Shown in pieces: positions 27,773-40,161 of a stretch of 64,000 nt of DNA (within the stretch, counting starts at the first letter, position 1; every line of letters begins with the position of its first letter). The translations under genes were made by a program, and so were the position numbers. The notes below the pieces were generated by a model, which saw only the letters and a program-made list of their open reading frames with translations, did no database searches and was not told where the DNA came from. The DNA comes from Eledone cirrhosa (taxonomy: Eukaryota): the NCBI GenBank assembly GCA_964016885.1, contig OZ024745.1, positions 90,458,001-90,522,000 of the forward strand. Direction: 5' to 3'.

Positions 27773-30700
27773 TCAAACTACAGACGTATATTCAGAGTTC
27801 ACTCGGACCATTCTCGCTACATTCAGCCACCTTTCAACAAACTTGCTAGAAAGCAGCACTTGCCTCTCCACCCTGATTTTCCTCTTCAAGTGACACTTGA
27901 AAAAGTTAATCAGGGATTCGCCGAAGAGGAAAGTGTTTGTCTTTAATCCTTTTAACCTTGTCCACCACACAATCTCTTTCGCCATGGCCACCAGGCAGAT
28001 GAAAACCGCCTGCCCTTCCTCCTCAAAGGAAGACGGCGAGACCATCTGCACAATGGACTCAGTCGACAACCGGATCAGTCCCACACGTGACAGCAACTGT
28101 TCGACATAGCTCCACAAGTCAGCAATGCTCGGGCACTGAACGAGTGCGTGCACAACGGTTTCGTCGCTATGCGCGCATCTCGGACAGGCTCGGCTGACGG
28201 CACTTCCGTGCCTGTAGAGTTTATCTCGAACCGGCAGCGCTCCCCGGTAGCACTGCCAGGCCAGGGATTTTTGGAAGTTATCCATAGGCCCCGGGCTGAA
28301 AGTTCTCCGGAAGAGAGCAAGCAGCTGATCTTCTTCGACGCCCAGGATCTCTCCGAGAACGTCGTCGCTCTTCCCCTCCACTAGTCCTCTATAGAACGCC
28401 GAGGTGGATGTTCCACCGATACTGGTGCCCAACTGGGAGAGGGCAGTGAGCGCCTGGAGACATTCCAGTTTCCAAGCGCTATCCCTCGGTCTTTTTCTGA
28501 CCCAGGACTGCAGCTCCGTCAAGGAGACGAGCTGTGGGAAAATGTACCTGGCGAACGGCGACCACATCCGTTCACCATCAAGGAAGCACCAGAGATGTCG
28601 CAGCCTCAGCGCATGTTTGTGCATCATCAGCCACGGCATGCCCAGTCCTCCACGCAACAGCAGATGGATCGTCTGACCATGGGAGCGCGTCCTTTCCACA
28701 AAAAGCGGAAGAGGAGGCGCTCCATTTTGGTGAGAGTTGAGCTGGAGCAAGGGACGATGGTGAGGCGGTAGCAGATGACGGATGCGATGTACGCATTCGC
28801 CACTTCCGCCTGGCCTTTCAGGGACAGCTTCCTCTCAGCCCATTTCTGGGTGAGGGAGGCCACCCTCCTCGTCACCTCGTTCCAGTTTTTCTCCATCTGG
28901 AGGTCCGGTCCGAACCAGACCCCGAGCAATTTAACCGGTCCGCCCGTCCAACGCCCCACGACGCTGTCGGACGGCATGGACTTGTCTCTCCAGGTGCCTA
29001 GCTGCAAGCCCACCGACTTTTCCTGGTTTATCTTTGCTCCTGTCACCGTTTCGTATTCCTTGAGAGCGGTGCCGAGCATCTGGACGTGTCTGGTGCTCGA
29101 CACCACCACGGTGACGTCGTCAGCGTAAGCCGACTCGGATTTCCCGCATCCTAGTTCGCGTGGGACGCCACTCATCGCCTCCAGTTTGTGCAGTAACGGC
29201 TCGAGAGCCAATACGTACAAGAGGGACGAGAGGGGACAACCCTGGCGGACTGAGCGCATGATGCTGAACGGCTGCGACAGGTGACCGTTCACCCTCACAA
29301 CTGAGCAGATGTCGCTGTACATTGCTTCGATCCAACGCCTGAAAACGGGTCCGAAACCGGCTGCCTCGAGGACCGCCGCCAGGTACCGATGGTCGACCCT
29401 ATCGAATGCTTTGGATTGATCCAAGTTGATCAGGGCCCCACCCTTTCCAGGTTCCTTAACCACCCTCTCTATGATGTATCGCATGAGGTGGAGGTTGTCG
29501 TGTATGGATCTGTCCGGGATGGCGCATGTCTGCGCCTTTCCCACCAGACCCTTGACGACAAGCGCCAACCTCGTTGCTAACACCTTGGCCAAAATCTTGA
29601 AATGCGTTTAGCAGGGTTATGGGCCTGAAATTATCAATAACATCCCCCTTGTTCGGGTCTTTTCTCAGCAGCGCCACTGCTCCCCGGCTCACAAAACTGG
29701 GAATGCTCCCGTTCTGCTCCCAGTTGCAGTAGACGTCTGCCAAGAGGTCAACGAACAAGTCTGGCATAAATGCATAAAGCTCGTAGGGCAGACCATCTAA
29801 ACCTGGCGATTTACCTCTTGTGCAGTTAGCCATCGCTTCCCCTATTTCACCGGCTGTTGTTGGCTTTTCGCAAAACTGTGCTGCGGTCGTCGAGAGCCGA
29901 GGTAGTCCGTCGAGGTATGCACTGAAGTCCATGTCCCGATCCGGGTCGCCGCAGCTCCCGAACAGTTCAGCAAAGTGCTGCTGAAAAACTTCACACATCC
30001 GCTCGGGTTCGAGCATCACGCACCCATTTTGGTCAGACAAAGACCGAATTGTGGCTTTATTGCCACATCGCGCCTCTGCCACCCGGGCCCATTGGACGGC
30101 TTTTGTCCCCTCGTGTTTCAGAACACGCGCTCTAGCTCTGACAACGCAGCCTTCGTGTTTTGCGTTGAAGAATTGGTCGAGTGCCAATCTCGCCGCAAGC
30201 ACGTCGGTTGCGATGCCTGTCCTAAACGCCTCTTCTAGCTTTCTGACTAGCTCTCCCTCTACTCTATTTTCCTCTATCACTACTCCTTTGCTAAACCTAA
30301 TCGACTCTACTTTAATTGCCCTTTTCAGGGCGAACGACCACCTGTTGTTGACGACCGCTCCCGTCAACGCCCGCTTAACTAATACTCTAATCCGGTCTCT
30401 GTAGGCCTTGCGCGCCGGGAAAGACGCGTTCAGCTTCCAGTAACCAGGCCCTTGTCTATGATGTCTGTCTATGTCGATCTCACAGATCACAAATTTGTGG
30501 TCTGTGTAGTCGACTATTTTAAATTGTGGACAACTTATACTAGCCTTATCTAGTTCCCTGCAGAATACCCTATCTAGAAACGATCTGGATGACCCGATAC
30601 GGTTTGTCCATGTCTACATTGGCACATTCGGGTGATTCAGTCGATACCTGTCAGACAGTTCAAAACGTCTGAGCAGGTTGGTGAGGCTCTTGCACCCTCC

Positions 30701-31177
30701 TCCCCTATCCACTAGCCCCACACGATCCCAGCGTGCATCCAAGATACCGTTCCAGTCGCCCACTAACACTAAAGAGCGGGACGTTCCAAGAAAGGTCTCT
30801 AGACGTCTGAAGAAATCTGGCCGTCCTGCCCCTGTTGGGGCGTAGACGGCTACTAGCCTGAAAGCATTGCCTTCACTGCCGGTCACGTCCAGCACCACCG
30901 ACTTACCTTCTGGGTCCAGGAAGATAGCCCGTATCGCGAGATCCAAGCCTCTCCGAAAAAGGACGGCAACCCCTCCCCCCGATCCTGAACGGCTGGGAGA
31001 TGCGTATACATCGTAGCCGCCGAAGATCGGTATGAAGGATCGTGCCTCGGAGATTCTGGTTTCACTGATGGCCACCACATCTATGTTTAGTGACCTGAGG
31101 TCATTGAGCAGGTGACCCTGCTTCCAAGATGACCCCAGGCCACGTGCATTTATACTGCCTATTCTGAGTACAGCCAT
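27773..31177 (-). pseudogene. ORF2: AP-endonuclease + reverse transcriptase + C-terminal Cys motif (frameshifted)
   Basis: SINARGL, ISETR, VYAP, GDWN; GKSPGLDGLP, FRPITLLN, DQSKAFDRVDH, VRQGCPLS, AYADD; CPRC..ETVVHALVQC. Confidence 0.88.
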
Positions 31178-31209
31178 GTTGGATGAGAAACGGGGCAAAT
31201 GACAAAGGG

Positions 31210-33060
31210 TCACTTACCTTGTTCGTGTGGTGAAGGGACAGTAGAACCGTCCCTTTCGCTGGTCATGGGTGTTTCCAAGAGGATATCAGTGTATATCCTC
31301 TTGGTAACCGTCCCTCTAAAGTCTCCAACTGCATTGGGGAATTTTTGTTTTAAAGGTTTGTACTGTTCTAATGAGATGTCGATGATGCTTATGTTTGTCG
31401 GGAGAGTTCTTGGTGTTGGTGGGGTGTAGTAATTTTTTTCCGTGATGTCTGTGTGTTGCTTTATATATTTTATGAGTTCTTTTTTTGCTATGTTTATGGC
31501 TGTGTACTTTTTTTTTGGGGGGGGGTGATTTTGTTGCCGTTTTCTTCTTGTTGCTGTTTGGTGTGTGTGTCTTGTTCTGTTTGCGTTGTTGGTGTTTGTG
31601 GTGGTGTTGCTGTAAGTTTCCTTGCTGCCTTTACCCCTCTTTGTATGCCTTCGCTTTTGGAGGGTGAATCTAAGGTTTTTTTTGTTTTTTGTTTTTTGTG
31701 GCAGACTGTTTGCCACGTCACTCCCGCCTCAAACTCCATGTCGGATTCTGTGACGTCTGTGAGGGGTATGTGCTCCACGGCTGTTGGTGGTGGTAGTGGA
31801 GCCCTCTTCGGCAATGTTGTTGCTGGTGTAGCTATTTCAAATGTAGCTATTGGTGTTGCCGCTACTGATGATGCTGCTTTAGTTATCCGTGGCCTTGGTA
31901 CGGGTGCTACGGACGTTGCCCTCCTACTCACCGTGGAAGGGGCTTCTTCGTTTGTTGCCTGTCCTGCTCTTGGTAGCAGCGGACCAGGTATTGGAAGGAG
32001 AGGGGCCCTCTTCGGTGTCTTCTACGGCAAAAGGCCCTGAGGTGACCTTTCGACCCACAGAGATAACATTTTGGCCGTCTTCCTTCTACACTTATAGGGA
32101 GTTGGAGTCCTTCCTCAAAGTCTATGATATCGGGGATAGCCTCGATACATTCCTGGTCAGTTTGTATAAGCATTTGCATGCCTATACCTGACCAGTTCTC
32201 TCTCCCTATTTTTTCTACTTGCAGCATGGTCGCCCTGTTCTCAATTCCAGCAAGGACAGACGCGGCCAGCCAAGGTATGGGCACGTTGGGTGGTACCTGG
32301 GTCACTTTGACCCTCACAATTTTCTGCCCGCAGTAGGAGGGCACCAAGACTAACTCTTCACTCTTTAGGGTTTCCAAAGAGTGAGACTTTGCCTGCTGGG
32401 GGGTGGCGAAAAGTACGTCTACTGTGGCGTACTTTCTGCCTCGGGTGATGTGGGTTTTGCGTGCCCAGACGCACCCCAAGGCCTTTTGGATTTGAGCCTC
32501 CGTGGCTCTCTCCACTCGATGTGAGATTTTGCTTACGGTGCGGTAAATCACCGTTCGTAGCTGCTGGTCCTTGAAAAAATCGGGTGGAGGTTTCAGGGAA
32601 ACTCTATTTGCGCTTCTTGTCACCATGGCCCTTGCGACTGCCATCTCCTCCTCTGTGACTAACACTGTCTCGATATTTCGGGCGACACCTGCAAAAGAAG
32701 TGGTCCCTTTTTCAGCAGCAGCTCTATTGCTGCCGCTACTGGTCTTACTGGTGGTGCTGAGGTCGCTATTACAGGTATCAGTGTCATTGTTATTGTTTTC
32801 GCTGGTACAGTTGTTGGTGTTGTTTCGTTGATATTGTTGCTGCTGTTACTGTTATTGTGGCTGTTGTTATTATTGTTGTTTTTGTTGATACTGTTCCTAC
32901 TATTATTGTTGTTGTGGCTGTTGTTATTGTCATTGTTATTGTCGTTCTCGACTTTACCGCTGTTATTTTTGGTGTTGTTGTTGGTGATGTTGTTGGTGTT
33001 ATTGTTGGTGTTATTTGTTAATTTTAAATCTGTAACAATCTTTTTTTTCCTTTGTAATAT
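31210..33060 (-). pseudogene. ORF1 gag-like nucleic-acid-binding protein with zinc knuckle (frameshifted, start approximate)
   Basis: CYLCGSKGHLRAFC knuckle in ORF 31928-32665, flanked by low-complexity T/N/P/Q stretches; lies upstream of ORF2. Confidence 0.7.
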
Positions 33061-33365
33061 TTTCGTTTATATTTACCTCCGCTGGAACGCTGTCTTGTTG
33101 ACATACTGATAAAGTCTCCCTCTCTATGTGTTGTCTGACAGCGCTCTCTCTCTATTTTGTGTTATCCATGTTGAAATTTTTCAAAAAATATTTTTACACA
33201 AATACGAATACGACACCCCGTAAAGGGGTGCCGTATTATTTACTAGTGAACCCCTGTATTAGGTGGGTCACTTCTTCTAAACTTTTATCAAATTTAAAAC
33301 TTGAATAAAAGGTTTAGAACGGTTGAAAAAGACTGGAGGCGATAAGAAGCGTGGCTTCACCAACC

Positions 33366-33411
<46 letters not shown>

Positions 33412-35410
33412 TCCGTTTACAATTGTTTCGCTACTCCACATTATGTTTCTGGATCAAATGATTATAGATCATTATTGATCTGGTTCAGTTGAAGATAATT
33501 AACTTAGGTAAAATTATAGCAGCTCATCGGAACTTCAAAAGGAATATAAATTAAAATTAAGAAAGAATAAGAGAGTATTGAAGTTTGCTTGAAGCATTGT
33601 GGAATAATAAGATATATTTTCTTTAGGTCGTTTTGGAAGCCTCAACAATGCAGATGGGTAATTCTCCGGGTAACATGATCCGGTGGTGAAGAGAGAGATG
33701 TAAGTGAATGTAGAATGAGATGTATGGTGTGTAGAAGAACGTAGGAAAGAGCGTAAAAAATAAAAATAATAACACAAGATAGAGGTACCTTGGGAGAGAT
33801 TTAGTTGTCCCTATATTTCGGATTCACATCCATCAACTGGGGGGTTATCCGGGAGAGGGGTTACCTGTCGGATAGGAGCGATACGTGTCCTCCGCTGTTC
33901 GTTATTTTGAATATCTGAGGTATTCATCAGAGCGCGCGCGCGCGTGAAATGGGGTCGGTCAAGCAGAGGTCGGCGGCCGAAATAGTTATTTTAATTGTGG
34001 GAGTGGGGTGGCGTTAGCTGTCAATCCATTGTATTATCTGCCCGTGTTGGTTTCTGTATTAGCAGTGTTGAATATTGTATTCGTGTGGTGGTGGTAGTAT
34101 TCCCTGCCTGATTGGTGAATGCTACTGTGTGTGTGCGCGCGTGTTGTTGTCACGCTTGTGTGCGTGTGTTGTTGCTTCGTTTGTCTGTATTAGCAGTGTA
34201 GTATATTCGTATGGTGGAATGCTACTGTGTGCGTGTGCGTGTGTTGTTGCCTCGTTTGTTTAAACCAACCACCTCATTTCGCTTCTCTCGGATTTGTTAT
34301 TTATTTGTGGCCCTAGGCGTTTGATCCAAAGTGCTTCCTTTATTCGTAATGTGCCGACGTTTCGTTCCGTCGCTAGCTCTGTAACAATGGGCCTTACGTC
34401 TTTTTTTCCGCATTTGGTTATGTGTTTCCGGAAAGACGAGGTCCTAGTGTTGATGTGCTCCTTGATCCGGATTTGTAGCGGCCGGATTGTGCTACCTATA
34501 TAGTATTGGTTGCATTTGTTACATTCTACCTTATACTCGACGTATGTGCGTAGGCAACAGTTCGTATGGCGCATCGGGCAGTTTCTGAGGGAGCACGCGT
34601 CAGTCGATTTCCCGGGTTTCCTGGAGAGGCATCTTCGCAGAGAGGGGCCTGAGTGGGCCAGATGGATGTCGAGGCCCTCCCTCCGTTTAGCCCTGCGGAT
34701 AGCGTTGGTGGTATTCGCGCCCAGGTGTGGTATTTTAAGGAAGCACTTGCCTTGGGTGTTTCTCTGCTTCTTGCGTCTGGTGTCTCTAATTCTGTTTGTG
34801 AGTTAGGCAGGGTACCCATTCGTCTCCAGCACTTTGAGGAATCGCTTGGAATGGGTGACACCACTCGCGGGATCGCTGCATCTGTTTTTAATTCGCGTGA
34901 TCTCGTTCGTGATGTACTCTCTTTTAGCACTGTTAGGGAGGGTGGACTTGTAGTGGACGAACAGGTCCCTGCATGCTGCCTTGCGGTAGAAGTTGGTGTG
35001 GATCCCTCCCTGTTCCGTGATGTTGATTCGGAAGTCGAGGAGGGCAAGTGACCCGTCGTCGCTGGGGTGTTCAACACTGAAATCAATGTTCTCGTCCGTG
35101 TTGTTGAACGACTCATAGATTTTGTTCGCCATCTCTTGGGAAGATGTGAGGATGAGGATATCGTCCACGTACCTTGAGAAAAAGGCGACGGCGTTGGGTG
35201 ACAGGTGTTGAGTGCCTTGTGCTCGAGGCTGTCCATGTATGAGATCGCTAACACACCCGACAGGCTTGAGCCCATGGGCAGTCTCGAGGTTCACTGGTAT
35301 GTTTGGTCGAGAAATCCTAAGTATGTATTGTCAACGACGATGGATAGGAGTTGGTGGATGTCAGTGGTAGTGAGCCCGAAGCAGTATAGGTCGGTAGATT
35401 GGCCGCGTTA
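33366..35410 (-). mobile_element. Penelope-like element (RT + C-terminal GIY-YIG), 5'-truncated, frameshifted
   Basis: PMGSSLSGVLA, FSRYVDDILI, LALLDFRI, YRKA; YKVECNKCNQYYIGSTIRPLQIRIKEH. Stop at 34260; 3' UTR carries a hammerhead. Confidence 0.88.
33415..33533 (-). ncRNA. Hammerhead ribozyme motif in PLE pLTR (variant core CCGATGA, long stem II)
   Basis: gtt-CCGATGA-gctgct...agtagc-GAAAC-aatt-GTA-aac; palindromic stem III ACAATTGT. Confidence 0.6.
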
Positions 35411-35938
35411 AAGAAAGAATGTTACATGAATGTAATGTTCCATATATTGGTATTTCACTATGGTGTCCTGGGTATATCTATTGACTGCCATAGTCGAGCA
35501 ATATTCTTCTGTCGAGGCTGCATTGTGTGAGATCTGCCTATGGGTAACAAGATGGCAGCCAATGGACATATTTACCTTACTAATTAGAGGGTGTTTTCAG
35601 GAGAAGTAATCCTCGAGAAATTAGAAATTGTGGGTAGTTTATAGTTAAGAAGTGCTAATTTTTTAATTGAGAGACAATGTAATTGAGAGACAATGTAAGG
35701 GAGGTAACTTATAATTATCTAAGTTAGCTATAACTATTTAACTTATTAGCTATAAGTAAAAATGGGACTAGATGACTATGTTGGGTCAAATATTCTGTTG
35801 GCGAAGGAATTAGCCCTTCGATGTTGACAGCTAATGGTTACCTCCGTTCTATCATTAATCGGTAGAGGTCGTGATAGAGTTATGTAATATGCTTCAGTAA
35901 GACAGAGGTCACAAGAGTTTCTTCGTCCATTGAACGGT

Positions 35939-36085
35939 TGGAGTAGCGAAACAATTGTAAATGGACATTATTAATATTATTATTTTTATTATTATTATTC
36001 TCTACATTCCTTACATTAAACTAAAACTATGTTGACAATCTTTTAATAATGTCTTCCTTGAGAAATTTGCTTAACTAATTAATAT
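35939..36085 (+). repeat. Inverted copy of the PLE terminal repeat containing the uninterrupted (ATT)n empty site
   Basis: Equals the reverse complement of [3181-3277] + (TAA)n + [33411-33438], apart from a short deletion and a few substitutions. Confidence 0.8.
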
Positions 36086-36253
36086 TTCTAGCTCTGTGCA
36101 CCTAACCTCTGCATGAACCCAGCCATCTAGCCGCCTTCCACTGCATATTGCACATTAAGCACATGTCTTTACGCTTCGGCCTCTAACTAATTCACCAATC
36201 TCTCTTCTCCTCTCCTATCTCCATCTCCCTCTTTAAGATTGGTTACGCTTGAA

Positions 36254-36305
<52 letters not shown>

Positions 36306-36319
36306 TTGGCAGACCAAAC

Positions 36320-36782
36320 ACATACTGAATTCATCCGCCAAAACTAAGGGTTGCCCCCCTTGTTGAGCCCCACGTGGGCTTTGATAACGGTCAGTCTTTC
36401 GCTTGGCACTTGAACTAAAAGTCTCTTGAGAAAGTGACTTCCTTGTTCAATCATCTTACCAAAAGCTTAACATTATTTGTCTAAGCGGACAGTACTTGAT
36501 TTAGGAGTTGCAGAAACCCAAATGCTGGATATTTTACCAACCTTCCAGGGGTCCGGGTATAATTTTTCAATCATATTTTATTTGTTTGACCCTAATTACT
36601 TGGTCGTTTCTATGGCTGTGCAGATAATGGTTTAACCATCGTCTCAGTGTGTTTGGCCTTTTAACTTATGTTGTAGCTCTAGTTCATTAGCTTCTATGGA
36701 GCGCTTGCCACACATCTCGGAAGTTGTTTTTCGCTAATTTCCAATAGCCAAAATACGATTCTCGCTAATTTATATTTGTATA
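36320..36782 (-). repeat. Inverted copy of the unclassified repeat at 2392-2850
   Basis: catactgaattcatccgcc...gattctcgctaatttatatttg is the reverse complement of 2392-2850, with scattered substitutions. Confidence 0.75.
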
Positions 36783-36820
36783 CAGTTGAAAATTGCAAAC
36801 TTGTCTGTCACCACACAATA

Positions 36821-36859
36821 TGAACCTGAAGATTGCGAAAGCATGAAAGTACTTGTTCA
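36821..36859 (+). ncRNA. Very compact (39-nt) hammerhead ribozyme motif
   Basis: tgaac-CTGAAGA-t-tgc-gaaa-gca-t-GAAA-gtac-TT-gttca; palindromic AAGTACTT stem III. Confidence 0.7.
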
Positions 36860-37017
36860 ATTAATACTTAACATTTAATATTCTACCATACTATTTCATT
36901 CTAATACCATTATAAATTTTAAAGGATTGTAAATAAAACGAGTAAATCAGACAAAGTTGGAATTCCTTTTATTAATATAATCTTCTATACACAATCATAC
37001 ACACCCGTGTATATTTA

Positions 37018-37074
<57 letters not shown>

Positions 37075-37075
<1 letters not shown>

Positions 37076-37400
37076 AATAAATACAAATAAATAATCGAGA
37101 ATCGAAATCTCAGCTCACGAAATCACGAAACACAATCTTCGAAATGTGTGGCAGAGGGCTCAATAGTTTGGGTAAACCAGAGCTATAACTATCGTTAAAA
37201 TACCAACACATAGAGACAATGCTTAAAATCATTCGCACAGCCGAAAAACCGACCAGGAAAATTCGGTCAAACAAATAATAAATTAATAAATTAATAAATT
37301 AAATGAATGTAAAATCTTACCCGGACCCGCTAGAAAGATGTTAAAATCTAGCTTTATGGGTTTCTACAGTTCCATAATCAATTACCGTCGACCCACATAA
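37075..37400 (+). repeat. Diverged third copy of the unclassified repeat
   Basis: cgagaatcg...cgaaatgtgtggcag..ctcaat..aaccagagcta..gagacaatg..cgcacagcc..ggtcaaacaaataa is colinear with 2400-2700. Confidence 0.6.
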
Positions 37401-37521
37401 AAATTATATCTGATATCTCGTAAATATATATATATAAGTATATATAAGACAATTGGAAAAACAAGACCGACAGGCCCATCTCCGACAGGCCCATCTCCGC
37501 ATTCAACCTCTCTCTCTATAT

Positions 37522-37618
37522 ATATAGAAATGGCTTCTACAGGACTAGAACTGTTTCATTCGAAGGAAATTATCATTCGAACGAAACAGTTCTAGTCCTG
37601 TAGAAGCCATTTCTATAT
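37522..37618. repeat. Perfect 36-bp inverted repeat (fold-back)
   Basis: atatagaaatggcttctacaggactagaactgtttc ... gaaacagttctagtcctgtagaagccatttctatat. Confidence 0.9.
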
Positions 37619-37690
37619 CAAATATTTATACTCTGCTATCTATTGAGTACCTTACTTACTGTGGTTACCCCCGATTGAACCACCCGGGAT

Positions 37691-37764
<74 letters not shown>

Positions 37765-38349
37765 CGAAACATTTACATTATTAAGTAGCTATCATATTGT
37801 TTACATTATATTTGTACTTATTTTACTGTGTCATATTGTTTGTTTGGAAAGAAAATTAACATGGTCAAATCAGTAACATCATTTCCCAATTAAACCAGAC
37901 TGTTCATATAACAGTGATACACGACATTGTATAAGAAGTCTTGATAACAGATCCCAAAATTAATAAACTAATAAGACTCACGCTCTTTCATCAGATAACG
38001 AAACTATCGTCAGCAGTATTTATAACACATCATCATTCGTACATTGAAAGAAATGGCTGCCAACGTGTTTATATTCTGATGTCACATTTTATCATTAATC
38101 TGTCAGATTAATGATAAAATAAGAATTTCAAGGTATGTACAGGATTCCCAAGTGTGATCGGCGATATTCTGGTGACATCACTTACTTTCTCGTAGCTTCT
38201 TGTTGTTGATGTTATTGTTGCTTAATTATTGGTAATAATGATGGTGGTGGTGGTGGTTGTGGTGGGGGGGGGGGGGGTGAGGATAGTGGGAGCAGTATCC
38301 GGTGATGGGATAGTTGTGGTGTTTTGTTTTGACTTTGTTACCATACTTC

Positions 38350-38655
38350 TGTTGTATATGTATGTATATGTGTATGTGTGTGTATGTATGTGTCTGTATG
38401 TATGTGTATGTGTGTGTGTGTGTATGTATGTGTATGTATATGTGTATGTATGTGTCTGTATGTATGTGTCTGTATGTATGTGTATGTATGTGTGCATATG
38501 TATGTGTATGTATGTGTATGTATGTGTGTGTCGGTATGGGTGTGTCGGTTTGGGTGTGTCTGTATGTGTGTGTCTGTATGTGTGTGCATGTAAGTATGTG
38601 TATGTATGTGTATGTGGATGTCAGTGTGTGTGTGTGTGTATGTGTGTGTATGTTG
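38350..38655. repeat. (TG)n/(TATG)n microsatellite
   Basis: Seen directly. Confidence 0.9.
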
Positions 38656-38769
38656 AGTGAGAGACAGGGGGAGAAAGAGAGAGTATATGTTGGAATTGAA
38701 GCTATTACATCGCAAGAGGGCCATTTTAGCCATGAAAAGGGCATACAGCATGGAGTGAAAATGTTCCAT

Positions 38770-40161
38770 GTGCTGAAAAGTACTTAGCTTAAAGGGTAGA
38801 GCTGTTACCATTACAGGGGAGGTAGAACCGCTGCAATAAGTGTGTGAATCTGAGAGGGGAATATGTTGAATAACATCATAATTAACTGACACTCCTATAT
38901 TTCATTTTAACTGATCCTCCTGTGTTTTCTTTTAACTGATCCTCCTATATTTTCTTTTAACTGATCCTCCTATATTTTCTTTTAACTGATCCTCCTATAT
39001 TCTTTTTTAACCGATCCTCCAATATTTTCTTTTAACTGATCCTCCTATATTTTCTTTTAACTGATCCTCCTATATTTTCTTTTAACTGATCCTCCTATAT
39101 TTTCTTTTAACTGATCCTCCAATATTTTCTTTTAACTGATCCTCCTATATTTTCTTTTAACTGATCCTCCTATATTTTCTTTTAACTGATCCTCCTATAT
39201 TTTCTTTTAACTGATCCTCCTATATTTTCTTTTCACTGTCCTCCTATATTTTCTTTTAACTGATCCTCCTATATTCTTTTTTAACTGATCCTCCAATATT
39301 TTCTTTTAACTGATCCTCCTATATTTTCTTTTAACTGATCCTCCTATATTCTTTTTTAACTGATCCTCCAATATTTTCTTTTAACTGATCCTCCTATATT
39401 TTCTTTTAACTGATCCTCCTATATTTTCTTTTAACTGATCCTCCTATATTTTCTTTTAACTGATCCTCCAATATTTTCTTTTAACTGATCCTCCTATATT
39501 TTCTTTTCACTGTCCTCCTATATTTTCTTTTAACTGATCCTCCTATATTCTTTTTTAACTGATCCTCCAATATTTTCTTTTAACTGATCCTCCTATATTT
39601 TCTTTTAACTGATCCTCCTATATTCTTTTTTAACTGATCCTCCAATATTTTCTTTTAACTGATCCTCCTATATTTTCTTTTAACTGATCCTCCTATATTT
39701 TCTTTTAACTGATCCTCCTATATTTTCTTTTAACTGATCCTCCAATATTTTCTTTTAACTGATCCTCCTATATTTTCTTTTCACTGTCCTCCTATATTTT
39801 CTTTTAACTGATCCTCCTATATTCTTTTTTAACTGATCCTCCAATATTTTCTTTTAACTGATCCTCCTATATTTTCTTTTAACTGATCCTCCTATATTCT
39901 TTTTTAACTGATCCTCCAATATTTTCTTTTAACTGATCCTCCTATATTTTCTTTTAACTGATCCTCCTATATTTTCTTTTAACTGATCCTCCTATATTTT
40001 CTTTTAACTGATCCTCCTATATTCTTTTTTAACTGATCCTCCAATATTTTCTTTTAACTGATCCTCCTATATTTTCTTTTAACTGATCCTCCTATATTTT
40101 CTTTTAACTGATCCTACTGTATTTTCTTTTACCCAAAGCCAGGAACCTTTCAACACCCTTG
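38770..40161 (-). mobile_element. Tc1/mariner-type non-autonomous element (MITE) with internal minisatellite, copy 1 (left end approximate)
   Basis: Reverse-complement homologue of 48927-50242; TIR end ...gccaggaacctttcaacacccttg followed by TA. Confidence 0.75.
38884..40130. repeat. 25-bp minisatellite (AACTGATCCTCCTATATTTTCTTTT), ~50 units, with a 274-bp higher-order repeat
   Basis: Period 25. The variant unit CACTGTCC recurs at 39234, 39508 and 39782. Confidence 0.95.

Larger units (their letters stand above)
27490..33365 (-). mobile_element. Tx1/L1-clade non-LTR retrotransposon (two ORFs), apparently full-length but frameshifted, inserted antisense in (TAA)n
   Basis: ORF1 with CCHC, ORF2 with APE, RT and zinc finger. 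Minus-strand AATAAA immediately before an (ATT)n tail; repeat on both sides. Confidence 0.88.

Noticed and set aside
37980-38012. CTGATGA/CTGACGA words on the minus strand (also at 2930 and 33925)
   Set aside because: No properly placed stem II + GAAA + stem I partner.
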